DNA of 44,834 nt from an uncultured Candidatus Saccharibacteria bacterium (GCA_964481155.1 CAYZSX010000001.1:1-44834), one strand, 5' to 3'. Counted from the first letter of the stretch, positions 8,348 to 17,742 are shown. Numbers and translations: made by a program. Notes: generated by a model from the sequence alone, not told the origin.

Positions 8348-8884
8348 ATGTATACGTTAGATCAATTTAAAAAAGACGCAGCACAAGCCAAAGAGTGGCT
8401 TAGCAAAGAGTATTCACAGATCCATACAGGGCGTGCTGCACCAGCACTGCTTGATGGTGTCCAGGTAGAGAGTTATGGTTCGTTTCAACCAATCAAAAAC
8501 GTCGCAAGTATCACAATCGAAGATCCCAAGACACTCCGTGTCGTCCCATGGGACAAATCACAAATCAAAGATATCGAACGCGCGCTCCATGCTTCCAACC
8601 TCGGGTTCTCGATCGCGGTCGATGATGCAGGTGTCCGTGTCATCATCCCGGCACTCACAACAGAGACTCGTATGCAGCTTGCCAAGATCGCAAAAGACAA
8701 ACTCGAAGACGGGCGTATCACTGTCCGCAAAGCTCGTGAAGCGATGCTCGATGTACTCAAAGGTGCAGATCTCCCAGAAGATACACTTCACAAAGCAAAA
8801 GACGAACTCCAAAAGCTCGTCGATGAGGCAAATGCGTCACTTGAGGCTGAGTATAAACGCAAAGAAACTGATATACAGAGTTAG
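8348..8884 (+). CDS. frr: ribosome recycling factor
   Basis: RRF-like sequence throughout (HTGRAAPALLDGV..., IPALTTE, RK.REA). ATG 8348 lies 8 nt after TGCTACAAT. Confidence 0.92.
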   Translation: MYTLDQFKKDAAQAKEWLSKEYSQIHTGRAAPALLDGVQVESYGSFQPIKNVASITIEDPKTLRVVPWDKSQIKDIERALHASNLGFSIAVDDAGVRVIIPALTTETRMQLAKIAKDKLEDGRITVRKAREAMLDVLKGADLPEDTLHKAKDELQKLVDEANASLEAEYKRKETDIQS

Positions 8885-8887
8885 TAC

Positions 8888-9931
8888 ATGACGGTTATAC
8901 TTTTTATTGCGGTGTTGCTTGTGACAGTGCTTGTGCATGAATGGGGACACTACATCGCTGCAAAAAAGAGCGGCATGATGGTTGAAGAGTTTGGATTTGG
9001 GATCCCACCCAAGCTTTGGTCATGGAAAAAGGGTGAAACTGAGTACTCAATCAACGCGCTCCCGATCGGTGGCTTTGTAAAAATAGCTGGTGAAAACGGT
9101 GCCGAATCTGGTGTAGCACCAGAGCGACAGTTTGATAGCAAACCGTGGTACAAAAAAACAATCGTGCTTGTTGCGGGTGTTGTTTGCAATTTTGTTCTTG
9201 CGGTTGTTTTGTTTAGTGTTGGGTACTTGATAGGTTTGCCAGGAGTTGTACCTGATGGCAAGCCTACTGTTGTGAGTATTGCAGCAGGTAGTCCTATATC
9301 GCAAAGTACTATTGCAGTAGGAGATACTATACGCGAGATTCGTGTAGGTAGTGCACAAGCTAAAACGCTCGATACAGAACATATACGAGAACTGCTCAGT
9401 ACCACTACAGGCGATATCAGTATCGCGTACACAACAAAGCAAGGCGAGGAGAGCGCGACTACCATCACTCCTACTACTGATAGACACATCGGGGTTGCGA
9501 TTGAGCCGATTGGTACTATCAAACAACCGTTGGACAAAGCAGTGACTCTCGCGTGGCATCAGAGTGTTGATCTCGTCGTTACTATATTTCGTACGATCGG
9601 AGGACTTATCGTCGGACTCATACAGGGCAACGGATCGGCTGCAGGACTCATTGGACCCGTAGGTCTGGCCAAAGAAGTGGGAAGTGCGGCAACGATTGGG
9701 TTTGCATACCTCCTTGCGTTTGTTGCAACCATCTCGATCAACCTTGCAGTGCTCAATATATTGCCGTTTCCAGCGCTCGATGGAGGTAGACTCATCGTTG
9801 TTTGGGCAGAAGCGATCACCAAACGACGCTTTTCTCCCAAGGTTGTTGGTATCATACATGCAGCGGGGTTCTTGGTACTCATCGGACTCATGATTGTGCT
9901 CACTATCGGCGATATCCGCAAGGCAGTCTAG
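8888..9931 (+). CDS. rseP: site-2 (M50) membrane metalloprotease RseP/RasP family
   Basis: HEWGHY (HExxH) in the first TM helix, a central PDZ-like segment, and the C-terminal LNILPFPALDGG motif. Confidence 0.88.
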   Translation: MTVILFIAVLLVTVLVHEWGHYIAAKKSGMMVEEFGFGIPPKLWSWKKGETEYSINALPIGGFVKIAGENGAESGVAPERQFDSKPWYKKTIVLVAGVVCNFVLAVVLFSVGYLIGLPGVVPDGKPTVVSIAAGSPISQSTIAVGDTIREIRVGSAQAKTLDTEHIRELLSTTTGDISIAYTTKQGEESATTITPTTDRHIGVAIEPIGTIKQPLDKAVTLAWHQSVDLVVTIFRTIGGLIVGLIQGNGSAAGLIGPVGLAKEVGSAATIGFAYLLAFVATISINLAVLNILPFPALDGGRLIVVWAEAITKRRFSPKVVGIIHAAGFLVLIGLMIVLTIGDIRKAV

Positions 9932-10041
9932 ATAAATACCCTTATAAAATAAGGGTTATGTACCACTTGCAAAACATTTGACTTTTTGTATATCCATGAT
10001 AGAGTAGGTTATACCAATCATATAAATACCAATCACCACAT

Positions 10042-11073
10042 ATGCCAGTTATCAGTTTCAAACCAAAACAGGTCACCAAACGTCTCCTTTCTAACCTCCA
10101 AGACCGTGCGTACGACATCATCGTCAACCGATACGGACTTGCTGACAACGCGGACTCAAAAACGCTCGAAGCAATCGGTAAAAAGTACGGAATCACTCGC
10201 GAACGTGTGCGCCAAATCGAAAACGCAGCACTTGCAGCGATTCGTAAAAGTGACATGTTCAAATCTGAGCACAAAACGTTTGGTGAACTCAAAGCGCTCA
10301 TGGAATCAGCTGGTGCATTGGTACACGAAGATGATTTCCTCTCATATATCTCCAAAGACAAATCAGTCCAAAACCACGTTCGGTTTTACCTCGTCCTTGC
10401 TGATGAATTTAAAAAGATGAAAGAAGACGATCACTTCAGTGCACGGTGGACTGTTGACGAGAAACTCTCAGACGCAGTGCATGAAGCGCTCCACAGTGTG
10501 TATCGCTCACTCAGTGACAAAGAACTCCTCTCAGAGAACGACCTCGTTTCTCGATTTCTCGGAGAAATCAAAGATGTCGCAGTACAGTACAAAAACGAAG
10601 AAGTTGCACGTCGATGGCTCAACATTTCAAAAAAGATCGCCAAGAATCCACTCGGTGAATGGGGTCCTTCAGAAAGTCAAAACATCAAAACTCGTGGTAT
10701 CAAAGACTATGCGTTTCTCATGATGCGCAAACACGGATCTCCGATGCACTTCCGCGAAGTCGCAAAAGCAATCCAGGACACCTTTGGCAAAAAGACTCAT
10801 GTCGCAACCACACACAACGAACTCATCAAAGATCCACGTTTTGTACTTGTGGGTCGCGGGTACTACGCACTCTCTGAATGGGGATACAAACCAGGTATCG
10901 TTCGTGACGTGATCAAAGAAATCTTGGTCAAAGAAGGCCCTCTTTCAAAAGAAGACGTGATCGATCGCGTACTCAAAGAGCGCTTCCTCAAGAAAAACAC
11001 TATCCTCGTCAACCTCCAAAATCCAACGTACTTCAAAAAGCTTTCTGATGGACGATATACTGTGGTAAAATAA
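10042..11073 (+). CDS. sigma-70 region-4-like HTH plus HARE-HTH-like DNA-binding protein (no sigma region 2)
   Basis: The N-terminal RYGL..KTLEAIGKKYGITRERVRQIENAAL is a textbook sigma region 4.2 motif. The C-terminal MHFREVAKAI...ELIKDPRFVLVGRGYYALSEWGY resembles the HARE-HTH of RNAP delta. Confidence 0.7.
   Translation: MPVISFKPKQVTKRLLSNLQDRAYDIIVNRYGLADNADSKTLEAIGKKYGITRERVRQIENAALAAIRKSDMFKSEHKTFGELKALMESAGALVHEDDFLSYISKDKSVQNHVRFYLVLADEFKKMKEDDHFSARWTVDEKLSDAVHEALHSVYRSLSDKELLSENDLVSRFLGEIKDVAVQYKNEEVARRWLNISKKIAKNPLGEWGPSESQNIKTRGIKDYAFLMMRKHGSPMHFREVAKAIQDTFGKKTHVATTHNELIKDPRFVLVGRGYYALSEWGYKPGIVRDVIKEILVKEGPLSKEDVIDRVLKERFLKKNTILVNLQNPTYFKKLSDGRYTVVK
11063..11071 (+). promoter_or_regulatory. 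extended -10 TGGTAAAAT for the 11081 gene
   Basis: Lies 9 nt upstream of ATG 11081 and overlaps the stop of the upstream gene. Confidence 0.45.
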
Positions 11074-11080
11074 ATCCACT

Positions 11081-11578
11081 ATGGCAGACGCAGGTGGTGG
11101 ATCAAGTTGGGAACCATTTGAAATAGCGCTCGTTGTACTTCTTGTGGCAGGACTGCTCATGCGCCTGACAACAGGCAAGCCACTGTTTGATAGTGGTGAA
11201 ACTACTCCTTCAACAGCACAAACGGCAATCACCGCTCCTACGCCGGCAGATACGTGTGGGCTCACCATCGCGCAACCACACGCACTTGAAAAGGTGCGAT
11301 CGTTTATCACTGTCAGTGGTACCACCCAAGGCTGTCAGTGGCCATCGACGCAGACTGTTGCACTCTACGCACAAGCAGTCGATGCACAGGGTCGCCCTAT
11401 CTCTTCGTATACCGCGATTCCTCCGACTGATATGATTGACGGCAAAACGTATTTCAATACTACTGTTGTGTTAAACGACATCACCAAAACAACAAAAGGA
11501 TATCTCATCCTTGTATCAACCAAACTTGATCGAGAGCGTTCGGTCACGGCACGCATACCGCTCACCTTTATCAAATAA
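11081..11578 (+). CDS. membrane-anchored hypothetical protein (possible Ig-like ectodomain)
   Basis: One N-terminal TM helix (IALVVLLVAGLLM), a T/P/A-rich linker and a beta-rich domain. ATG 11081 lies 9 nt after TGGTAAAAT (11063-11071). Confidence 0.65.
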   Translation: MADAGGGSSWEPFEIALVVLLVAGLLMRLTTGKPLFDSGETTPSTAQTAITAPTPADTCGLTIAQPHALEKVRSFITVSGTTQGCQWPSTQTVALYAQAVDAQGRPISSYTAIPPTDMIDGKTYFNTTVVLNDITKTTKGYLILVSTKLDRERSVTARIPLTFIK

Positions 11579-11580
11579 AC

Positions 11581-11589
11581 TGATATACT
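11581..11589 (+). promoter_or_regulatory. extended -10 TGATATACT for the 11599 gene
   Basis: Lies 9 nt upstream of ATG 11599. Confidence 0.5.
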
Positions 11590-11598
11590 GATACGCAT

Positions 11599-12858
11599 AT
11601 GTATCCACCTGTTGTTGCGCAACTTTTTCAGACGCTTCTTTTGTGCGGAATCGTTGCACTCGTCGCCGTGCTGGCGTGGAATCTGTGGGTGACCTATGTG
11701 AACACACTTTATCTGAGATCTATCGATTGGGTGATCCTTGAGATTATCCCTCCCAAAGAAGTACACAAATCTCCTGAGGCGATGGAGCTCGTCCTCAACA
11801 CCCTCCATGGTGGTGGCGCGGGCAACTGGTACGAAAAGTACTGGAAAGGCGAACTCGCGCAGTACTACTCGCTCGAGATTGTCTCGACTGAAGGCAAGAT
11901 ACATTTTTATGTACGCTTTGCCAAAAAGTTTCGCAAGGCATTTGAGGCGCAGCTGTATGCGCAGTATCCACAAGCAGAAGTCCGTGAAGTCGCAGACTAC
12001 ACCGCCTCTATACCCGGGTTTGATTCCGGCAAAATTGGCATCTTTGCATACAACCTCAAACTCGAAAAAGACGATCCATATCCGATCAAGACCTATATTG
12101 ATTTTGGACTCGATCGTGCGATCGGCTCACTCGATGAAGAGCAGCGTATCGATCCAATGACACCTACCATCGAGACGATGGGATCTATCGGCATCGGAGA
12201 GCACATCTGGGTGCAGATCAACATCCGTCAGGCTATCAAGAGACACGACGTCAAAAAAGGTGAAGAAGTTGAAAAAGGAAAAGGTTGGAAAGACAAAGCA
12301 AAAAGCATCATTGCCGAACTCAAAGCAAAAGCAAACAGCAAAGATGCTGAAGGCAAAACTGTTGCAGGTCGGCTCAGTAAGGGTGAGCAGTATGTGATCG
12401 AAGCAATCGAACGCAACCTCAACAAACCAGGATTTGATTGCGGTATCCGCGTGCTCTATATTGCAGACAAAGATAAGTTTAGCGGCAACACAATCACTGC
12501 GTTTACAAGTATGTGGCGTCAGTACGCAAGCGAAGATCTCAATACGCTCAAAATGAGCGATCTCACCAAAACACCCGATGCAATGCCGTGGAAAGACCCA
12601 TTTGACTTCAAAGTCAAAAAGATGAAAAAAGACTTTCTCGATGATTACAAAGCTCGATCGTTTTTCTACGGAGGGTTCAAGTTTACGAAACTTAAAAAAT
12701 ATTTTACACACCCCGAAGAATCAGGAAGCAAAGGATTTGTCCTCTCAAGCGAAGAGCTTGCAACCATCTATCACTTGCCAGGTCGCGTCGTTGAAACACC
12801 GACATTTATCCGTATCGAATCCAAAAAGGGTGAACCGCCAGCAAACCTTCCTATCTAG
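11599..12858 (+). CDS. membrane-anchored hypothetical protein, 419 aa
   Basis: N-terminal TM helix (LLLCGIVALVAVLAW) followed by a large soluble domain with a K/E-rich insert. I recognise no catalytic motif. ATG lies 9 nt after TGATATACT. Confidence 0.7.
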   Translation: MYPPVVAQLFQTLLLCGIVALVAVLAWNLWVTYVNTLYLRSIDWVILEIIPPKEVHKSPEAMELVLNTLHGGGAGNWYEKYWKGELAQYYSLEIVSTEGKIHFYVRFAKKFRKAFEAQLYAQYPQAEVREVADYTASIPGFDSGKIGIFAYNLKLEKDDPYPIKTYIDFGLDRAIGSLDEEQRIDPMTPTIETMGSIGIGEHIWVQINIRQAIKRHDVKKGEEVEKGKGWKDKAKSIIAELKAKANSKDAEGKTVAGRLSKGEQYVIEAIERNLNKPGFDCGIRVLYIADKDKFSGNTITAFTSMWRQYASEDLNTLKMSDLTKTPDAMPWKDPFDFKVKKMKKDFLDDYKARSFFYGGFKFTKLKKYFTHPEESGSKGFVLSSEELATIYHLPGRVVETPTFIRIESKKGEPPANLPI

Positions 12859-12866
12859 TAGTTATT

Positions 12867-13820
12867 ATGAAACGATCACACATACTTTTAGTGAGCATCT
12901 TTGTTGTACTCGTCGTGGGGGGCGTGTATCTATTTCGACAGTTTATCTCTGCACCAGCATCGTTTCCTGCGCCGTACCGACTCACTATCGAAGAAGGGCA
13001 AACACTGTTTTCTATATCCCGAGAACTAAAGCGTGACAACGTCATCAGATCATCGCGATTGTTTGAGATATGGATGATCGCTCTAGGCACTGAGCGCACA
13101 GTGAGCGAAGGGGAGTATTATTTTGCCAAACCGCTTTCATCATTTGAGATTGCACTTCGTATATCGGGTAGACAGTTCGGTATCGAACGCAAAAAGGTCA
13201 CGTTTCCCGAAGGCTTCACCGCAAAACAAATGGCAGATCGTCTCGCGGCGACATTTCCAGGGTTTGACACGACACTCTTTATGACACTTGCAAAAGGTTC
13301 TGAAGGATATCTCTTTCCTGATACGTACACGTTTTTCCCTTCAGTGACTCCGGACGTTGTGGTCGCAATACTCAAGCGCAATTTTGCAGAGCAACTTGTC
13401 CCGCTTGAGCAGCGTATCGTCACTTCGGGGCGCAAACGAGCCGACATCATCACCATGGCATCAATCATCGAAAAAGAAGCAGACAGTGCTGATGAGATGC
13501 CTATCATTGCAGGTATCCTTTGGAAGCGATTTGACAAAGGTATGCCGCTACAGGTCGACGCGCCGTTTCTCTATACACTTGGCAAATCAAGTAGTGAGCT
13601 TACGCGCAAAGATCTCACTTCAAATTCTCCATACAACACCTATCGCAACAAAGGTCTCCCTCCGACACCCATCTCAAACCCAGGTATCGATGCGATCACA
13701 GCGGCGATCAGTCCAACAGATTCGCCATACTGGTACTATCTCCATGATAGTGATGGTGTGATACACTATGCGTCCACATATACAGAGCACAAGAAAAACA
13801 TAGCTAGATACCTCAGATAA
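12867..13820 (+). CDS. mltG: endolytic murein transglycosylase MltG (YceG-like)
   Basis: N-terminal TM helix plus YceG-like motifs (EGYLFPDTY, ASIIEKEA, NTYRNKGLPPTPISNPG). Confidence 0.88.
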   Translation: MKRSHILLVSIFVVLVVGGVYLFRQFISAPASFPAPYRLTIEEGQTLFSISRELKRDNVIRSSRLFEIWMIALGTERTVSEGEYYFAKPLSSFEIALRISGRQFGIERKKVTFPEGFTAKQMADRLAATFPGFDTTLFMTLAKGSEGYLFPDTYTFFPSVTPDVVVAILKRNFAEQLVPLEQRIVTSGRKRADIITMASIIEKEADSADEMPIIAGILWKRFDKGMPLQVDAPFLYTLGKSSSELTRKDLTSNSPYNTYRNKGLPPTPISNPGIDAITAAISPTDSPYWYYLHDSDGVIHYASTYTEHKKNIARYLR

Positions 13821-13823
13821 CCT

Positions 13824-14366
13824 ATGATCCTCCAACAACCACTCGCATTTATCGATATAGAAACGACCGGACTTGATTATGAAAAAGGTGAAATCATTGA
13901 GCTCGGTGTCGTGATCGCAGAACTCCGTGATGGCGCGCTCACGGTGACTGATGAGATCGATCTCAAGATTGCGCCCAAACACATAGAGACCGCTGATGCG
14001 CAGGCGCTTCGTATCAATGGCTACAACGAAGCAGAGTGGATCTTTGCAGTGAGTATTGAAGAAGCCCTCAAACTCTTTGTCGAGCGTACGGCAGGCGCTG
14101 TGTTTGTCGCGCACAACATCACGTTTGATTATGGATTTATCGAAGCAAACTTGCGCAGGTATGGCATCGAGCACAAGATGCACTACCACAAACTCGACAC
14201 ACTCGCGCTCGCATTTGGTGTCCTCCAAAACAATGACGACATGGGCAAACTCTCACTACGCGCACTCTGTGAGAAATATGGGATTGAAAATAAAAAGGCG
14301 CATAGTGCCTTTGCAGATGCGTACGCGACGTATGAAGTGTTTAAAAAGCTACTCAATTTGAAATAG
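13824..14366 (+). CDS. DEDDh 3'-5' exonuclease (DnaQ/epsilon-like)
   Basis: Exo I FIDIETTGLD, Exo II VAHNITFDYGF and Exo III HSAFADAYAT. Confidence 0.85.
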   Translation: MILQQPLAFIDIETTGLDYEKGEIIELGVVIAELRDGALTVTDEIDLKIAPKHIETADAQALRINGYNEAEWIFAVSIEEALKLFVERTAGAVFVAHNITFDYGFIEANLRRYGIEHKMHYHKLDTLALAFGVLQNNDDMGKLSLRALCEKYGIENKKAHSAFADAYATYEVFKKLLNLK

Positions 14367-14370
14367 TCTG

Positions 14371-14379
14371 TGGTAGTAT
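14371..14379 (+). promoter_or_regulatory. extended -10 TGGTAGTAT for mnmA
   Basis: Lies 7 nt upstream of GTG 14387. Confidence 0.5.
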
Positions 14380-14386
14380 CACGATT

Positions 14387-15439
14387 GTGAAAAAAAGAAA
14401 GAAAATCTTTGTTGGGCTATCAGGCGGGGTGGACTCGTCTGTTGTTGCGTATCTTTTGAAAAAAGAAGGTCATGACGTGCACGGAGTTTTTGTCAAAACA
14501 TGGTCACCAGATTGGCTCCCATGCACCTGGGTGGATGAGAAGCGCGATGCAATGCGTGTCTGTGCGCACCTTGGTATCCCATTTCATTTCCTCGATGCAG
14601 AACAAGAGTACAAACAAGGTGTCGCGCAGTATATGATCGATGAATACAAGGCCGGTCGTACCCCCAACCCTGATGTCCTTTGCAATCGCGTGATCAAGTT
14701 TGGTGTCATGTGGGAGTATGCGCGCTCGCATGGTGCTGACGCAGTTGCAACTGGTCACTATGCTCGTACCGATGGAGATACGCTCATGCGAGGAGTCGAT
14801 GCATCCAAAGACCAATCGTATTTCCTTTGGATGATCACACGTGGCGAACTACAGCACATCATGTTTCCGATCGGCGATCTCCCCAAAGGTGAAGTACGCA
14901 AGATAGCTGAGAGGGCCGGACTTTTTACCGCTACCAAAAAGGATAGTCAAGGCATTTGTTTCCTTGGAGACGTCGATATGCGCCAATTTCTCTCGCACTA
15001 TATCGAGCAAGTACCAGGACTGGTTGTCGATACACTCGGAAAAGTGATCGGTGAGCACGATGGTGTCTGGTTCTATACACTTGGAGAGCGACATGGATTT
15101 CGTATCACTACTCAAAGCACGAGCGACCCCAGATACTATATCGTTAGCAAAGACGTCGAGCGCAACACACTTGTTGTCGATACACAGCCCCTGATGAGTA
15201 CTGAGCACACCGGACAAATCACGGTCATATTGCGCGACACCAACTACCTCAGTTCGTATGATCTACACAACTCATACACAAGTCAGATCCGCTATCATGG
15301 TGAGCTCATCCCGACAACTATCGTGAGCGATACTGAGCTTGTGCTTGAGTATCGTGGTGTCACCGCGCTTGGACAGTCACTCGTCATCTATGATGGCGAT
15401 CGTGTGATTGGTGGCGGTATCATTGATCAGGTGCGCTAG
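14387..15439 (+). CDS. mnmA: tRNA 2-thiouridine(34) synthase MnmA
   Basis: PP-loop VGLSGGVDSSV, NPDVLCN and KDQSYFL motifs. The GTG start lies 7 nt after TGGTAGTAT. Confidence 0.92.
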   Translation: MKKRKKIFVGLSGGVDSSVVAYLLKKEGHDVHGVFVKTWSPDWLPCTWVDEKRDAMRVCAHLGIPFHFLDAEQEYKQGVAQYMIDEYKAGRTPNPDVLCNRVIKFGVMWEYARSHGADAVATGHYARTDGDTLMRGVDASKDQSYFLWMITRGELQHIMFPIGDLPKGEVRKIAERAGLFTATKKDSQGICFLGDVDMRQFLSHYIEQVPGLVVDTLGKVIGEHDGVWFYTLGERHGFRITTQSTSDPRYYIVSKDVERNTLVVDTQPLMSTEHTGQITVILRDTNYLSSYDLHNSYTSQIRYHGELIPTTIVSDTELVLEYRGVTALGQSLVIYDGDRVIGGGIIDQVR

Positions 15440-15459
15440 TGTGCGCTATACTTGTAAGT

Positions 15460-15918
15460 ATGATATTTGATCCCATGCTCACTAGTTTACTCGTTGCGAT
15501 GCTCCTTGGTATGGTGCTCGGCGTTGAACGATTTCTCGCGCACAAAACAGCAGGGATGCGCACCTACACACTCGTCTCGATGGGGTCAGCGATGTTTGTC
15601 ATCATCTCTCAGATTGTCACGGCGCAACACCCAGGAGGTACGTTTGATCCGCTCCGTATCGCAGCACAAGTCGTCGCTGCAGCAGGATTTCTCGGAGTTG
15701 GCGCGATCATCCACCACGATCAGCGAGTGAGTGGTATCACAACCGCATCAGGGCTCTGGGTTGCTGCAGGTATCGGTATGGCAGCAGGATTTGGTCTTTA
15801 TCGTATCGCGATCATTGTGACCATACTTTCACTGTTTACATTTATCGTGATGTGGTTCTTGGAAGCAAAGATCCGCAAGATCAGTGCGCTTCAGATCGAC
15901 GAAAACAAACCTCTCTAG
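15460..15918 (+). CDS. mgtC: MgtC/SapB family membrane protein
   Basis: Four or five TM helices and an MgtC-like GVER...GMRTY motif. ATG 15460 lies 7 nt after TATACT (15447-15452). The ORF track start is GTG 15439. Confidence 0.8.
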   Translation: MIFDPMLTSLLVAMLLGMVLGVERFLAHKTAGMRTYTLVSMGSAMFVIISQIVTAQHPGGTFDPLRIAAQVVAAAGFLGVGAIIHHDQRVSGITTASGLWVAAGIGMAAGFGLYRIAIIVTILSLFTFIVMWFLEAKIRKISALQIDENKPL

Positions 15919-15925
15919 ATCACCC

Positions 15926-15948
15926 AAAGGCCCACCATGGGCTTTTTT
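15926..15948 (+). terminator. intrinsic terminator after mgtC
   Basis: AAAGGCCCA-cca-TGGGCTTTT, with the T-run at 15943-15948. Confidence 0.6.
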
Positions 15949-15956
15949 GATTTTTT

Positions 15957-15965
15957 TGGTAGTAT
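15957..15965 (+). promoter_or_regulatory. extended -10 TGGTAGTAT for pepF
   Basis: Lies 7 nt upstream of ATG 15973 and directly after the mgtC terminator. Confidence 0.55.
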
Positions 15966-15972
15966 GAGGGGT

Positions 15973-17742
15973 ATGAAATATCGCACAGAATGGAACCTCG
16001 GACTTCTCTATAAAAGTGAAAAAGACCCACAGATAGAGAAAGACATGCGTGCAATCGAAAAGGTGTGTGCTGATTTTGAGAAAAAATATAAAGGTAAAGA
16101 TTTTGTAAGCAGTACCCCAAAACTACTTTCAGCGCTCAAAGCATATGAAAGATTTCTTTCTCAATCAACATATAAACCACTTTGGTACTTTCGTCTTTTA
16201 AAAGATATAAAAACCAACGATAAATATATAGTTGCCATGGAGGCGCACATGAACGAGCGTCAGCGCAAAGCCGTTAACAAAGTACTCTTTTTTGAATTGA
16301 CGCTTTCCAAAATCTCAAAAAAAGATCAGCGTCAGTATCTTACAGATAAAAAACTTCAGCATTTTTGGTATTATCTGCAAAAGATTTTTGCTCGTGCTAA
16401 TCATAACCTTTCAGAAAAAGAGGAACAGCTTTTTTCGCTTCTCTCGCAGCCATCAGAGAAAATGTGGTATGACGCACAGACAAAGCTTTTGAGTGAGCAG
16501 ATTGTTGAATACAAAGGCAAATATATCTCGCTCTCTGAAGCTAGTGAGATATATACAAGTCTCAAAGAGAAAAACGAACGGCATGCTTTGTATCAAAAAA
16601 TACTTGCTGCGCGTATATCTACCGCTCATATGGCAGAATCAGAAATCAATGCAATCTATACCACCAAAAAAATAAGTGACGAGCTTCGTGGCTATAAAAG
16701 GCCTTATAGCGAAACGGTGCTTCAGTATGAAAATAATGAAAAAGAAATCATAGATTTTGTTGACACAACTACAAAACTTTTTTCAATAAGTCGTCGTTTC
16801 TATGTGCTTCATAAAAAACTGATTAAAGAGGATAACCTTACTGTTGCAGACCTCTACGTGAATATAGGCGAAATAAAAAAGCGTTTTGATTTTGATACTG
16901 CTGTAGATATCGTAAAAAAAGCTTTTGTAAAATTTGATCAAAAATATGCAGATCTTTTAGATTCCTATTTAAAAAACGGACAGATTGATGTATATCCACG
17001 TTCTAATAAAAGAGGTGGAGGATATTACTCGGGGCTTGGTACACTGCCAGTGTTTGTTTTCCTTAACCATGTAGACAATCTCAAGTCAGTGGAGACACTT
17101 GCTCATGAGATGGGGCATGCGATACATACCGAACTTAGCAAACCGCTTGATCCACTCTATAGTGATTACACTATTTCTGTAGCGGAGGTCGCGAGCACTT
17201 TTTTTGAACAATTTGTAGCAGATCATGTTGCTGATGGTCTATCTGATGATGAAAAAATCATCCTGCTCCACGATCGTGTCAATCGTGATATCACAACCGT
17301 TTTCAGGCAAATCGCATGTTTCAATTGCGAACTAGAGCTCCATCGACATATTCGTTCTAAAGGTTATCTTTCTAAAGAAGAAATGGCACGCATCATGCAA
17401 AAACATCTCAAATCATATATGGGAAACGCTGTCAGTGTGACTGAGAACGATGGGTATGTGTTTACATCATGGTCACACCTTAGGTATTCATTTTATGTAT
17501 ACACCTACGCGTACGGATTAATTATTAGTCGAGCACTTTATGAAACATGGAAAAAAGATTCTGCTTTTAAATCAAAGATTGAACAGTTTCTTTCCGCTGG
17601 TAATTCTATGAGTCCCAAAGACATCTTTAAGTCTATCGGTATCAAAACAGACAAGGCGTTTTTTGAAGCAGGACTCAAAGCGATCGAGGCGGATATCGAC
17701 AGGCTTGAGAAACTCGCAAAGAAACAAAAACTTATCAAATAA
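15973..17742 (+). CDS. pepF: M3B oligoendopeptidase F family
   Basis: Zinc motif HEMGHAIH. ATG 15973 lies 7 nt after TGGTAGTAT, whereas ATG 15937 lies inside the mgtC terminator. The gene is markedly AT-rich. Confidence 0.85.
   Translation: MKYRTEWNLGLLYKSEKDPQIEKDMRAIEKVCADFEKKYKGKDFVSSTPKLLSALKAYERFLSQSTYKPLWYFRLLKDIKTNDKYIVAMEAHMNERQRKAVNKVLFFELTLSKISKKDQRQYLTDKKLQHFWYYLQKIFARANHNLSEKEEQLFSLLSQPSEKMWYDAQTKLLSEQIVEYKGKYISLSEASEIYTSLKEKNERHALYQKILAARISTAHMAESEINAIYTTKKISDELRGYKRPYSETVLQYENNEKEIIDFVDTTTKLFSISRRFYVLHKKLIKEDNLTVADLYVNIGEIKKRFDFDTAVDIVKKAFVKFDQKYADLLDSYLKNGQIDVYPRSNKRGGGYYSGLGTLPVFVFLNHVDNLKSVETLAHEMGHAIHTELSKPLDPLYSDYTISVAEVASTFFEQFVADHVADGLSDDEKIILLHDRVNRDITTVFRQIACFNCELELHRHIRSKGYLSKEEMARIMQKHLKSYMGNAVSVTENDGYVFTSWSHLRYSFYVYTYAYGLIISRALYETWKKDSAFKSKIEQFLSAGNSMSPKDIFKSIGIKTDKAFFEAGLKAIEADIDRLEKLAKKQKLIK

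Noticed and set aside
15937-15972. Upstream start codons given by the ORF track for pepF (15937), ftsZ (2543), trxB (1317), frr (8321), trpS (42302), mreB (6306), rplM (25570), grpE (27178) and the 26999 ORF.
   Set aside because: The extensions run through terminator hairpins (pepF, grpE, frr), overlap the preceding conserved gene (rplM), or lie inside or within 2 nt of the gene's own -10 element (ftsZ, trxB, trpS). The downstream ATGs give canonical N-termini.
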